Origin: Phoronis australis
Lineage: Eukaryota > Animalia > Phoronida
Assembly: GCA_002633005.1 (NCBI GenBank)
Contig: NMRA01000475.1
Coordinates: forward strand, 1 to 64,000
Direction: 5' to 3'
DNA: 64,000 bases
Notes under the pieces: model-generated
Databases searched by the model: none
The model's input: the letters and a program-made list of their open reading frames with translations, nothing else
Told to the model about the DNA's origin: nothing
Shown: positions 11,945-23,502 of the stretch, piece by piece
Numbering within the stretch: the first letter of the stretch is position 1
Layout: each line of letters begins with the position of its first letter
Position numbers and translations under genes: made by a program

Positions 11945-12159
11945 TTATTTCATCAACACACCACAGAGACCGCCACCTTCGCATCTCTTCCGTTCCAAAC
12001 TGTTATCTCTCTTCTGAAGCTTAAGCGCCTGAGAAAGAGCTCCATTGGTTTCAGATACCCGAGGAGATTGGAACATGTCCCAGAATTTATCTATGAGCGA
12101 CCTGCTATGTACGACTTGTTCGTCCTTGTTGCAACAGAGGACGACACCGAAGAAAAGAT
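11945..12159 (-). CDS. Exon 2 of a putative secreted peptide precursor: (N)LFFGVVLCCNKDEQVVHSRSLIDKFWDMFQSPRVSETNGALSQALKLQKRDNSLERKRCEGGGLCGVLMK*
   Basis: Strong acceptor ctctattttcattccag (cag at 12160-12162). Phase 1 matches exon 1. The frame is open to TAA at 11945-11947, with KR and RKR sites followed by a two-Cys peptide. Confidence 0.7.
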
Positions 12160-13307
12160 CTGGAATGAAAATAGAGACGTGGTACGCGGTATCATACCCA
12201 CAATGACAAACGTAACTTCTTGTCCGTTTACGGTTCGACTTTTTAGTTCATTGTTCGTTTCGTATGGGTCAATGCGAACGTGGCTCGGGCTGGCAATCAT
12301 TTTGTTTTCCTGATAATTTTCCCAGCTCCTCACTGAGTTCATGATAGATAAGTTTTATAATACACTTACACCCTTCAAATCGTATCTGCCGGCCGCCGGT
12401 TTTGCTGGGCCTGATTAGTTTGTAAGCTGGGTGGCGTCATCGAGAACCAAATGTCTTAGCCGGTTGAGCCGGCTGAACCGACTAAGTAAATCACGTGTAC
12501 CCATGGTTTCACCCGAAAGCACACAGTGGTATAAAAACCCGCCTTCCGCCAAAAACTAGAACTTTTTGATCTAGACTACTTACCCTAATTACAAAATCTG
12601 TCTGAATTTGTTTCTCACTCAAATTAGAAGTGATTTATTGGCTTGAAAGAATTGACAGTTCATTATTTCTTGAGACGAAGCTCATTAAAGAGATGGCTTC
12701 TCGCAAAGGGTCATTTTATGCGCCGAGCAGTTTTAATATGGCTAGTCATTTGGGCGCCGAGCAAGATCTCCGCTTGGCGGCAACTCTTTACAACCTCGGA
12801 AACCATTTCTTATCTGAGTAAGATACAAGTCGAGACCAATTTCACGGCAGTCAGCGGTCGAATTAAAAGTCTAAATCAAAAGTTAGTTTCTACTGCAGTG
12901 TTTCATGTCACTGAAGCCATTTAACCAAAAGATATTCTCACTGAAATGATAACCACTTCAACGTCAACTTAAGATTTCTAAAATAAAATAAATTTGGTCT
13001 TATGTTATCAAGATCAAATGATTGCGCTTCACCAACAAAATGGCTGCCCCAGGTAAGTAGCAGTGGGCTACGTTTTTAATCCAGAAAATATGTACTATAC
13101 AGTAACGGAAATACGTAGAGGTGTTGGTGAGTGTTAATTATGTGAGTAGTATTGTTCAACTAGCGAGATTCATTACATGTTCTAACCTGGTGAAAACATT
13201 CAAGAAGCAGTAGGCCTATGTAGTGGCGTTACATCACACAACTTATTAACACCATAATTATGCGTTTATTGGAACTTTTGTTGCTTATTATGAAACAATT
13301 TAAAGCT

Positions 13308-13422
13308 GCTATAACCCGGTTTTCGGTCTTAGAAATCGTATTTTGAGAATCAGTTTTCTCCACTGAATAACGAGCGTCAAATAGAGTGTTATCAAAATCC
13401 GGGACCCCTGTGAATATTGCCA
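13308..13422. mobile_element. Degenerate ~100-bp MITE, same family as 15412-15500 and 52970-53072
   Basis: Shared core ttgagaa(c/t)cagttttctccactgaataacg and similar ends. Confidence 0.5.
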
Positions 13423-13525
13423 TTTTTGATTAAAAATAATTATCATTATAATAGTTAATTGTTTCAACTTTTGCCTTACTCAGACGAGAAATGGCTTCTG
13501 GTGTTGGAAAGTATTGACAGTTCCT

Positions 13526-13660
13526 GATCACGTGACACTCGTTGGATCAACTGACCTCTCGTGACAAGCCACTAACTTATTTTGCCTGATCACATTTGAG
13601 TCTGTGCTCGTTGGATCAACTCACCTGTCGTGACAACCTACTTACTTATTGTGCCTGATC
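13526..13660. repeat. ~69-bp tandem duplication
   Basis: ctcgttggatcaact...tcgtgacaa...gcctgatc occurs twice. Confidence 0.75.
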
Positions 13661-14300
13661 TAAAGGATAACGAATGGTGATTTCTTCCCATGCCCAGAAA
13701 CCCCACCATTCTACGTAAGGAACTAGAATCTGAGACCAGTTTTATAACGAACACGTGGTCTAAATAATTTTGTGGCGGAAGATTGGTTTGTAATAGCTTT
13801 AACGGGCGTAGTGCAATAGTAGCGTCCCAGTCCACTAAAACAATCCTAGTATTTTTCAGGGAAACTTTTTAGCAATGAGCACAGATTAAATACTATAGTA
13901 TTTAATGTAAGGTTTGCTAAGATTTGAGTTCCATCAAATTTGGCGGGATTTTTTAATGCTGGGAAAATCTATTCAATCAACGCCGGTTACAAACTCGCGT
14001 TGTTTTCAAGAAGGAAAGTTTTGATTTGGACCAGCGCTATAAAATTAGTCGCAATTTGTTCCTTGCTCCGATGGGTGATTTCTGGGTTTTCAAAGAACTT
14101 ATATTTCGAATTTTTTTAAGGCCAGTCAACAGGAGCTGCAGTATTATCTGGTACCCTCGATCACAACAGGTCGGTGGAAATGATTCCTGCGAAATTTATG
14201 GGATCATGAAATAATAGGGATCTTTACTGGTAAGAATGCCTGCTAAGACAACACTACGAGCAGTCGTTATCTTAAGACTTAGAGATATACTTGTACTTAC

Positions 14301-14334
14301 TTGCCAACAAGAAAATTACACGAAAACCAGTCAT
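14301..14334 (-). CDS. Exon 1 of the putative secreted peptide precursor: signal-peptide start MTGFRVIFLLA
   Basis: gaaaATG context, hydrophobic codons, and a perfect donor A|gtaagt (14295-14300) in phase 1. Confidence 0.7.
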
Positions 14335-14390
14335 TTTCTCCAGCTGAAGTGTTTGGAAGATATAAGGTTCTCTGAACAAACCACCTGTTG

Positions 14391-14427
14391 AACTGACAAA
14401 CAAATCGATGTCAATAAGTATTTAATA
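14391..14427 (-). promoter_or_regulatory. Core promoter: TATA-like TATTAAATA (14427-14419) and Inr TCAGTT (14396-14391)
   Basis: The TATA-like box is at -33..-25 from the Inr A (14394), which is 60 nt upstream of the ATG. A CRE-like TGACGT (14452-14447) and an AP-1 site TGAGTCA (14680-14686) lie upstream. Confidence 0.5.
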
Positions 14428-15411
14428 TCGAGACACTCCTGCGCCTACGTCAATGTCGACAAGGTTCAATAATTGATTGTGTGGAACAGGGAACCATCCG
14501 TTTATTAACATTTTTTCTAAAAAATATTGAATTTCCATCGAATTGAAGAGACATAGCGGATTTGTTGTTATTTGTTCAAAAAAACTAAAAGCGTTCAGAT
14601 AAAAGTTCATTCAAACTGTTAAAATCTCTTTAAAAACATTAAAACATTCGTTATCTTTTCTTGACATGTGTTCATGCAGTGAGTCACGTCGGATTTTGTG
14701 AGAGCGTTGGTATTTTATTATTTATTAAATTCAAGTGGTAACGCAGTTTGTCAATGGCAACATCAACAAGGGCGTGTTCCGTAAACGCAGACTATTATCG
14801 AGTAATGCTAAGTGCTACCACGTGCTTCGCTTCTAATCCCACACAAGGACCAAAGACCCATCCGGGCCTACAAATTCTATCGCAAGACATGATTTTGAGA
14901 TTTTGAGTGGCTAAACCTAAGTGAAAATGATTGTTTTTTTTACATCACCATAACAACAAAATTGTAATACAAAATAAAGTTAATTTATTTTAAATAAAAC
15001 AAAATACATAAATAATATTTTGTAAAACCAAAAACCAATCCAAAGTACATAGTTATCAACGCAGCAGCACAGTAAACATTTCGAGGAATCACAGCGATAG
15101 CTCTAGTCTGAAATTTATCTTTTCATACACCAAAGCAAGTGCAAAAGAAATTTTGAATTTCATTCAAATAGTAAAAATATTGTTAAAAATATTAACAATG
15201 TCCAGATTGTGGAACAGTCCATAACACATAAATAAGCATGGACGATCAACATCACAAGTTTATAACCAGTTGGTAAAGTATATCTTGAAAGAAATGGCTT
15301 GATGTTAGGATCTTCACCATGTCCGTGAGGAAAATCTTCCTAGATTGACAAAGGTTCTCAGTGTAATCGAGCGGTCTTTCGTACCGGTAGCTAACCCTCA
15401 CAAAGGAGAGT

Positions 15412-15500
15412 AATAGTCACTTACACGGGCACCACTTTTTGAGAACCATTTTCCACTAAATAACAGCCATCAAATTGCCAAAAAGGGATGTACCGCTAAA
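15412..15500. mobile_element. Degenerate MITE (family of 52970-53072) in the synphilin 3'UTR
   Basis: atagtcacttaca end plus the core ttttgagaaccattttccactaaataac. Confidence 0.45.
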
Positions 15501-15619
15501 TATTGACTCTTTTACATTAAGGCTTATGAAAATTGTAGAACATTTCGAACATTTTAAGTCACTCCTCCAACAACGAGTGAATTCGAATACGTTCCCTGGA
15601 GTAGAACTCTTGCGGCTTG

Positions 15620-15650
15620 TTAACAGTCTTCTTCAGAAGAACAGTTGTAC
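15620..15650 (-). CDS. SNCAIP: Synphilin-1-like, last coding exon ((W)YNCSSEEDC*)
   Basis: Acceptor gctttttcag; phase 2 matches the previous exon; TAA at 15620-15622. Confidence 0.6.
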
Positions 15651-15799
15651 CTGAAAAAGCAGTGGCACAATTAAAATAATCCACTTAGTAAAAGATCAGG
15701 TCGTAACGAGTGGCTAACTTAATACTGCAACAGTTTGCGTTTTGAATTGTAAAAACAGTATTTTTACTGTTGAAAATGCATCTCTATCATAAACAATTT

Positions 15800-16032
15800 A
15801 ACAAGAGCAACGCAAAGCGTTGAAAAGCATCCACGATTCAAGTGTTTATTAGTATCCAGAAATATATAAAACAAAAACACCACTAGGGGGCACAACATCG
15901 ATAAATTTCGTACGAACCAAGACAAGTATTGTCGTATTTTTAATAGAGACTCATCTGCCAAATTTCGTTAACATCCTTCAAGGTACTTAGTACATGTAGA
16001 GTCATACACGTTCATGTATATGTGGGCGCATC
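15800..16032. mobile_element. Short HINE/Helentron-associated element (family of 58913-60677)
   Basis: Starts aacaagagCAACGCaaaGCGTTG (hairpin), ends tatgtgggcgcat, and has one ccactagggggcac motif. Confidence 0.65.
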
Positions 16033-16446
16033 AAAAACTGTTTATTCATTACAAAGTAGAAAAGTGAACAACATGTAGAAGAGCCAACCCAACTGACGTC
16101 TGGTTTGCGGTCGGACTAAAAGAAGGCAGATCAGACGAGTGAGAGCGTTCACATGTGGAACTTTTTTCCAGTTGGCTTATGAAACTCTGATCTACCTTCA
16201 AATGGGACAGGATGAGAACGTTGGTATAAGTGTTCGGCTAGCACGCATTTGTATGGGGCATCCGGGCATTCATTGAATAGCGGACCCATGTGTTGGCATT
16301 CAAATACTTGCAGGTTTGTCACCGAGCCCGACGAACCGTCCCCTGTGTATACGCCAACAAAAAGTCCCAGTGCAATGATAGCTTGTCCGTACTGATTTGA
16401 AATGCTTGAATACAAAAATCTATGTGTTCAAATTACAGATACATAC

Positions 16447-16490
16447 CAAGAGCGATTTTCTGTACTTTCTTCAAACACGCTATCTTCGCC
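16447..16490 (-). CDS. SNCAIP: Synphilin-1-like exon (GEDSVFEESTENRS)
   Basis: ttccag acceptor, gtatgt donor, phases 0/2 consistent with both neighbours. Confidence 0.65.
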
Positions 16491-16616
16491 CTGGAACAAT
16501 ATTAATACATGTGGAGGTGGATTTTTGGAGAATTCTTAGAGAGAAGAAACTAAATAAGACAACATAGGCAACTGGCAGTGAAACCATCCATTAATTTTAC
16601 GAATGTCAAGGTTACT

Positions 16617-16776
16617 CATGGGCGGCGCACCATAGGGTGCAGGGGGTGGGGTGTTGCTATAGCCCCCACTTTTTCAGTGCCACGCCGCACATAGTCTATA
16701 GGCGGTGCACCACACGTAGGCTGAGGGGGCTTTAGCCTCCCCCTCCACCACTTTTTTCAATGCTGCGCCGCCCATG
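16617..16776. mobile_element. MITE with CATG termini and a 5-bp TSD (ttact)
   Basis: TIRs catgggcggcgca / tgcgccgcccatg; ttact at 16612-16616 and 16777-16781. Confidence 0.8.
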
Positions 16777-18595
16777 TTACTGATTTGAATGCGCTTTGCA
16801 GCAAGAAAATTGCGTGAACAGGATTCAAGCAGAGTGTGACTGAACATTAGTTAAGCAATTCACTCGAAGCAAAGGGTGAAATCTTAAATGATGAACAACA
16901 AGAAAAGATAACGCAAAGCCGGTAGTTGTATAGCCACGCTTCTGGTTTAAAGAGTCACTTCTTTCCACTAGCTTACAACCAAAACAGGGATATTGTAAAT
17001 TAGAATTATGTCTAATCGACTCAATGCATCTAAAGGTTTCTCATCATGATAGCAATTGTTCAAGTTCAATACTCTGGTCTGTCGCCGATAATGACACTTT
17101 AAAGCTGCATTTCGCCGCTGTTTAGCTTTGGGGTTTAAAAATAATTCCGCGCTCATCCGCTTTTAAAGTATTATTTACCGATTGAGCTGGCAGCTGAAGT
17201 CACAGGCAATGGATACCTGCGCCATTTTCGAATTTGCAATTTTAGGGTTGGCCAAACCTAAATAAACCCCAAAGCGTTGTTTTAGTATCAGAACCAGAAA
17301 TTTATATTGTATGCAGGCCTTGGCCGGTCTCATGATACAGTTTACATTGCAACTTTACCCTGATAAAAGTCGGCTTCGACATTCTTTTTGTTTGCGGAAA
17401 TGGAATCCCTTTACCGGTAAGGAATATTATTCGGTTTTCGTTTTAGCCAGCTAAACAGCACGAAATGCAAACGCTCTGCTGGCTAACCTAAATCCAATGG
17501 TTTAGTATTTTAAGGGCACATAAAAGTAGTAAAGTCACCGACCTTAATGTCGGCGAATGTCTGACAGACAACAGCGAGAATTGGCAATTCGTAAAATTAC
17601 AAAAACCAAATTGTTACGGATTTTATTGTTTCACAGCTTTGGTCAAAGCTAATGACTTCAAAAATCTACCCTATTCAACAGCAACCTCTGAACGCTCTAA
17701 CTATGGCATTCATTTTCTGTCATGGTCTAGAAAGAATAGACATTTTAGGTGACTGAGTAACCTAATACAGAATTTCCTTGATTCTGGTTCTTGAGTAACG
17801 AGGAAATGTTCGTTTACGACAGGAAATTGTTTGGCACAAGTGGTCCAAAATGTCATGCGGCAATCTGCCAGTGAAATGTAGTTAGCAATCACACAAAAAA
17901 TCAAACTCAGACAAACTGTTCAAGCGGAAGCGGTTATGTGGGTGAGTTCCGTGGACCCAAGGCACTCGCCAGAAAAGCTAGTGTGATCAATGTGCCTAGC
18001 TCGTAATGCTTGGCGATATCTTACAAAGACTTGAGTGATCTTATGTTTTCGCGAGATTCATGCATCTACGGAACGCAACCCTGTGCACATCGACTCAAAC
18101 AGGTGGTTAGTCTTAGCACAAGATTGTCGTTTCACACGTCTTACCAGCGAAAAGTTATCGCCAAAGGCATCAAGCGGTAGCGATTTACTGTGAGGTAGAT
18201 TTTGAGGCAAATTGTTGGATGGCGAAAGGTCACGATTTGCCTGAGAAAGATCGAGTAGAAATCAGTGTAAGGAAATGATAATGTGTTAAATTTTAAAGAA
18301 AATTTTGTACACTTGGAGTTCGCAACAGCTGAAGCGTATACAATTACTGGATTGAAAGAAATGAATAGTGATGACGTCGGAGAGGAAAATCTTCATTCAA
18401 AGAAAACGCCTATTTACACTTGTGTTCCTTTGTCCTATTAGGTAAAGAAGCGTAACATATGCTCGGATGAAAATTGTTTGTCAATTGAAAGTATTTTAGT
18501 ACATTAAAAATGTACCAAGCTAACAATTGCGTATAAAAACTAGCAGATCAAAAAAAAAGAAAATGCAAGAGGTAACGTTGATTCAGTGCACTTAC

Positions 18596-19976
18596 GATTT
18601 GCCCGCGGTTGTCATTTCGACGGCCACTTTCATTGGAACTCTTGAACGGAGGCGCGCCTTTAGTTTCAAATTTGCCACAAGGTGTCCGGTTATGCCGTTG
18701 GTGCGAACCAGTGTGCCCATTACAGGGCGTTTGTGTGTGGCGCTGTATTCCGTTTTGGAAGGGAACCAACATCTGCAGTGTGTTTGGCTTCTTCGGTGGT
18801 GTCCGAATCATTGGGCCTGTGCCCACCATGGCTCGCGGACTGACTCGGTTTAGATAGTCGACGACACTTTGGCCTGAAGATACAGTCAGTAATCCGTTCT
18901 TGTTGTCCATCTTGGAGAGACACTCTTTCTTGCTGTCCGCGCGTGCAGGAGACTTGGCACGAGAGTGAGGAGATGGGGCGATAGGCGTGTCGTCGTCGTC
19001 GTCATGCTGAATAATGATGCTCTCGTCGTTGCACTGAAACAATGATTTAGGTTGCAAATGACTGAGAGACTCTAGCGAAGAGCCAAGCGATGAACTCCTT
19101 GGCGACTGCTTATACAATGTCCCGGGTTTCATTTCTGGTGTCGGGGTTCTTGAAGTAGAGTTTTGCTGCAATGGTGCCTTGAATTCCGGCGTCGCGGTAC
19201 GAGGAGAGTATTTTGGAGGAGGTTTTTTCAACGGCATCGGCGGTTGTTTCAGAAGTTGTCGAGGTGGTTGTTTTGACGAGTTGGTAACCGTAGAATTTTG
19301 AGATTTTACTAGCGGTGGATGCCCTTTTAATGCGCCTTCTTTCTCAAACTTTGCAACAATCTTGTTGAAATTTAGTGATTTTATTTGTTCCTTTTCGCGA
19401 TCTCGCCTGAGTTCATTTTCTAAGCTCCGTGTACTTTCGGAATTTGTATCGTCGCTGTCACATTTTCCGTTCGAGAAGGCGGGTGGCACTTCACCCGCTA
19501 TGCAATCCGGCTCATCCACGCCTATATTTACGGAAGGTTTTACTATTCCATTTGTCCGAACGTCTATCTTTCCGTTTTTCAAAACAACTGCAAATTCTCT
19601 AGCGTTTTGCGTCAGATGTTTGTTTTCTTTTTGAGGCCCGGAAACCTTCTCAACAACACCGCCATTACCGTTCATATTGGCAGCAGATATATTACTCTGG
19701 TTCAACCTTCTTCTCCGCAACTCTTCATCGTCTGGGCTCTCTTCCGTAATGCTCACCATTTTGACTCTTAAGTCATTACCACTGGTGTCGGACACACTAT
19801 TGCCTCTCGAGCTGAATCTATAACTAGTTGCTGGCGATGACATGGCGGAATAATGGGAAGGTTTGTGAGGACTACTGGGCGGTGTCACTACGCTCAGCGG
19901 CATCGTGTTCTCATGCCGCTCTTTTATAGCTGTGTGAAACACCATCAGCTTGTGAGAGACTTCGTTGAACTTTCTC
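18596..19976 (-). CDS. SNCAIP: Synphilin-1-like, large disordered C-terminal exon
   Basis: Lies within ORF 18548-19990; tttcag acceptor, gtaagt donor; 1381 nt, phases 2/0. Confidence 0.85.
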
Positions 19977-20343
19977 CTGAAATAGGACATATTTGCAATT
20001 TTTACTTACTTTTTACACAGAAAAAGGAAGAATTTGTCTGCACATTCTAAATCCATTCATTCAGACTCGTTATTCATGTGACTTGTCACGTTTCTTTTGT
20101 TCCCCCATCAAAACTGCAACAGGTCAAGCGAACCGACTTATTACATTAATCTATGAATTTTCATAACAACAAGTTTTACCGAAATCAGTCGTTGTTGAGG
20201 TTCAAATTGGCAAGAAAATTGATTGGATGTGAAAAATGTTTTGTTTTTCTATCTTCAACAACGGCTATCCAAGTAGCTGCAGTTAGAGTTTTGGTCTCAT
20301 CCCCGCGATCTCTAAATATTTTCCGATGTACCCCTTTACGTAC

Positions 20344-20562
20344 CTCATGAGCTCTTTCGTCTCCGAATACTCCGTAGTCACTGGACTGGGTTCTCGACTC
20401 ATCTGTCTGAATCTCTGCTCAATACTCTTCATCCTCCTTTTCCCCTCGTCCACGTTTCTCTTGGACGACGGCTGTTCATCACTTTCGGATTGGTTCCTCG
20501 GCGACTTCAGCGACTCGGTTAGCTTCTCTGCTTTATCTAGAACCTGATGAACCATCTGGTTC
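20344..20562 (-). CDS. SNCAIP: Synphilin-1-like exon (coiled coil)
   Basis: ttttag / gtacgt; NQMVHQVLDKAEKL...KELMR; phases 2/2. Confidence 0.85.
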
Positions 20563-20686
20563 CTAAAACAACACAATTAAATAATTGGCATATGTTTATT
20601 CATTGTATGAAATCGTCTATGACATTTAACTTTTCACAAACAAATTTTGTGCAAGTCCAGGGTCTCTTTCATGAAAGTGACCTTAA

Positions 20687-20899
20687 GACAGAAATTTGGT
20701 CTTACGCTCCACATTTTTATTTCTAAAAATAACTGAAACTCAATTTACAAAAAATAAAGTATCTGAGAATACACCCGTAACTGTTACTTATTGTGAAAAT
20801 TTGTGCAAATTATTTTCAGGTATTGGTGTACTCATAATTACATGACTACACTTTTATTTTGAAAACTGTGAAGTGGGAATATAAGACCAAATTTCTGTC
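20687..20899. mobile_element. 213-bp TTAA-targeting MITE (Kolobok-type GA...TC ends)
   Basis: Perfect 18-bp TIR gacagaaatttggtctta; TTAA at 20683-20686 and 20900-20903. Confidence 0.8.
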
Positions 20900-21114
20900 T
20901 TAAGTCATGAATCAGTTTTCTTAAAACGGACACGAGGTCTGTCAAAGCACAGATCAAGTTCAGTGTCGTTTCCCATACTCCAAGGCTAATCGAACAGTAT
21001 ATTTCGGGTTTCTGTCTATGTACATATATTATGTTGAAGGACTGACGTGCTGACTCTTTCGAATTGGCGCTCATTAGATTGTTAATTGACATATTGCTAT
21101 CAAATTATACTTAC

Positions 21115-21308
21115 TGCTTCTCTGACTGGGTCATCCCTTTTTCAGCCTTATCCAGTAAACTACGATGATCTCTCAAAAGTCCTTGTAGTTGCGACACGAT
21201 ATCACCAAGGAGGTTTCTCACATCCTTCTCAAATGATTTGGAAGGCGACTGTTTGTCTGTTTCTTTATGTTGCTGTTGGTCTAGCAAGATCTTGTTAATT
21301 TCTAAACA
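21115..21308 (-). CDS. SNCAIP: Synphilin-1-like exon (coiled coil)
   Basis: ttcacag / gtaagt; CLEINKILLDQQQH...QSEK; phases 0/2. Confidence 0.85.
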
Positions 21309-21526
21309 CTGTGAAAATAACCAAATAATCATGAACTACGGAAACGCTGTCTAATCTTTCCTTCAGCTAAGCCTGCTTTAGGTCTGCTTTTGTTCTCCTG
21401 AACGACGGAAGGTTCTACCGTTGAAAAATAATGAAAATCACAAAGCGACACTCCTACGGCATTTGAATCTCACTTAACTAAGAAACGGAGCCGTGGTTTA
21501 AATAAAAAGTAAATAAAAGCACATAC

Positions 21527-21569
21527 CTCTTCTAAGTAGCCTTTTAGAGAAGCATTTTCTTCCCGTAGA
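21527..21569 (-). CDS. SNCAIP: Synphilin-1-like micro-exon (LREENASLKGYLEE)
   Basis: ttccag / gtatgt; 43 nt, phases 2/0; needed to bridge the neighbouring exons. Confidence 0.8.
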
Positions 21570-21816
21570 CTGGAATAAATGAATGAGAATATCACATTTG
21601 CAAAATATATTCAAGTGACTCGGTTAACTATTTAGCTGGAAGCAAGTTTTCTGCACAGATCAGTGTTACCACTTCATTATATCATATCAAAAGATCTCGT
21701 CTCGAATGTTAATTAAATACACTAAAGAAACAGGAGCTGAATATAGCTGCTGGCTTAGAGTTTATTAGAACTCCCTCTACAGTCAGTATCCTCCTTTATG
21801 ACAACAATATACTTAC

Positions 21817-21986
21817 GTTCTGACTTCATTCGCGCTCTCGGACACTTCAACTGACAACTGCATGCACGACTCGACCACGATCAAATAGTTGACGCAGTGG
21901 TAATGTCCGGCTTGGTCAGCGAACACACACGGCGACTGGCCGGCGTAGTTCTCCATGGTTACGTCCATGTTAAATTCGACAAGTGT
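21817..21986 (-). CDS. SNCAIP: Synphilin-1-like exon (ankyrin repeat and start of the SNCA-binding coiled coil)
   Basis: tttcag / gtaagt; TLVEFNMDVTMEN...YLIVVESCMQLS. Confidence 0.9.
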
Positions 21987-22216
21987 CTGAAACACACAAA
22001 AATGGAAAATTATGTAGTTTTAAGAACTTATCGAGAATTTTAAACGGGGTTGTTTCGAAAAGATGCTCTTTTCCAGTACGTCAAGGTTGTTCTCTAGTAA
22101 ACGTGAGCTGTGGTTTTCTAGAAAACAATTGGGAACATTGCGAAAACGACATCGTCATCTTTTTTAGTTCCACCAACACGGGCGCTGTACAGCGACACAA
22201 GCAACAGTTTACCTAC

Positions 22217-22459
22217 CTGTAAACATCCCAGGTGACCGTTCCTCGCTGCCATGTGTGCCGGTGTGTTCCCCTCGTCGTCCACACACTCCAGGTTCATATC
22301 CTCTGTCTGCATCATAGTTAGAAGAGTGTACAAGCAATTCACGTGTCCAGAACCGCACGCCAGATGGAGCAGACACCGCGAATGATTCTCCGTTGGATAC
22401 AATTCGTTGCAAGCTGGCGTGTTGCGTAAAAGCCAACTCAAACATTTTGCTCTTCCATT
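22217..22459 (-). CDS. SNCAIP: Synphilin-1-like exon (ankyrin repeats)
   Basis: tttcag / gtaggt; LLHLACGSGHVNCL...DDEGNTPAHMAARNGHLGCLQ. Confidence 0.9.
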
Positions 22460-22645
22460 CTGAAACAAAATATTATACAGTTATGATTGGGATGTCAGAC
22501 TGTATAATTTGTATCAATCTAAGAGAGATTTGCTTTAATGGTTTCTTATGCTATATAGAACGAAGTAGCCCGAGTTGTAATGAGGCAAATCTTATAGCAT
22601 GCCGCAGTAGCATGTTGAGTAATATCATATATCGTTTGAACGTAC

Positions 22646-22849
22646 CACTATGGCGACTTCAGTTGGTGTTTGGTCGAGATCGTTACACTGAGACAGGAGC
22701 TCTCCACATTTAGAAGAGAGTAGCCGCAGACAGTCGAGGTTGCCAGTCGCCGCCGCTAGATGCACCATAGTGTTGCCGTTGGGATCCAGCATATTCCCAA
22801 TCTCTGGACTGGATATCGTTGTGTCCATTGTGGCTGGCATGTTAGGTTC
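22646..22849 (-). CDS. SNCAIP: Synphilin-1-like exon (ankyrin repeat)
   Basis: tttcag / gtacgt; DPNGNTMVHLAAATGNLDCLRLL. Confidence 0.9.
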
Positions 22850-23359
22850 CTGAAAGAAAATGAATTTCGTTTACTTTCGGAAAAAGGATGATTCGCGCAG
22901 AAACTTGAGGCTTAGAAACCTTACCTTGTTGATATGCCACGTCAACACAGCATTAGAAACTCTTGGGACAGCATGTTATGTCAGGAAATAATCTGACTAA
23001 AGTTTGAACTTTTCAGATACATTTCACTGAAGTGTTTAAGTGGTTGGTTCTTCAAGGGTCAACTGATACGGCATGACAGGTGTAATGGATGTAATTCGTT
23101 TTATTTGGGAGAGGTGCTAGTGTAATTATCCGTGTACACACTAACACAAAGATGCTCATAATTATGGCATCAGTTAGTTCCACATAAGAGAGTAACCCAG
23201 ATTTTTGCTGGTCAGTTATGATTGGTTACCGTAGGGCAAACAGCTTATCACTTTTGCGGCATTCATCATAGTTGAAGTGATTTCCACAAAAAACGTTTTG
23301 AACTGATGCGACCTCCAATTTGCTAGAGTTTCAACTGGACCATCACAACAAACACAGCC

Positions 23360-23502
23360 TAACTGTTGGCACACCATCGAAACATATCTCGTGCTTGGAA
23401 CACCTTGAACAGTACTCTTCAACTATCCCAATAAATATAACTGTTGGCGCAGCATCGAAACATATCTCGTGCCTGGAACACCTTGAATACTCTTCAACTA
23501 TC
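23360..23502. repeat. ~78-bp tandem duplication
   Basis: taactgttggc...catcgaaacatatctcgtgc...tactcttcaactatc occurs twice. Confidence 0.85.

Noticed and set aside
11939-12342. Listed ORFs 11939-12313 (+) and 12091-12342 (-) as genes
   Set aside because: They show no recognisable domains. The region is better explained by a different minus-strand frame with a strong splice acceptor (peptide precursor exon 2).
16196-16404. Extra synphilin exon from ORF 16149-16415, in frame with exon 16447-16490
   Set aside because: It would need a 42-nt intron with a weak AAG acceptor, and it has no recognisable homology. RNA data would be needed to revive it.
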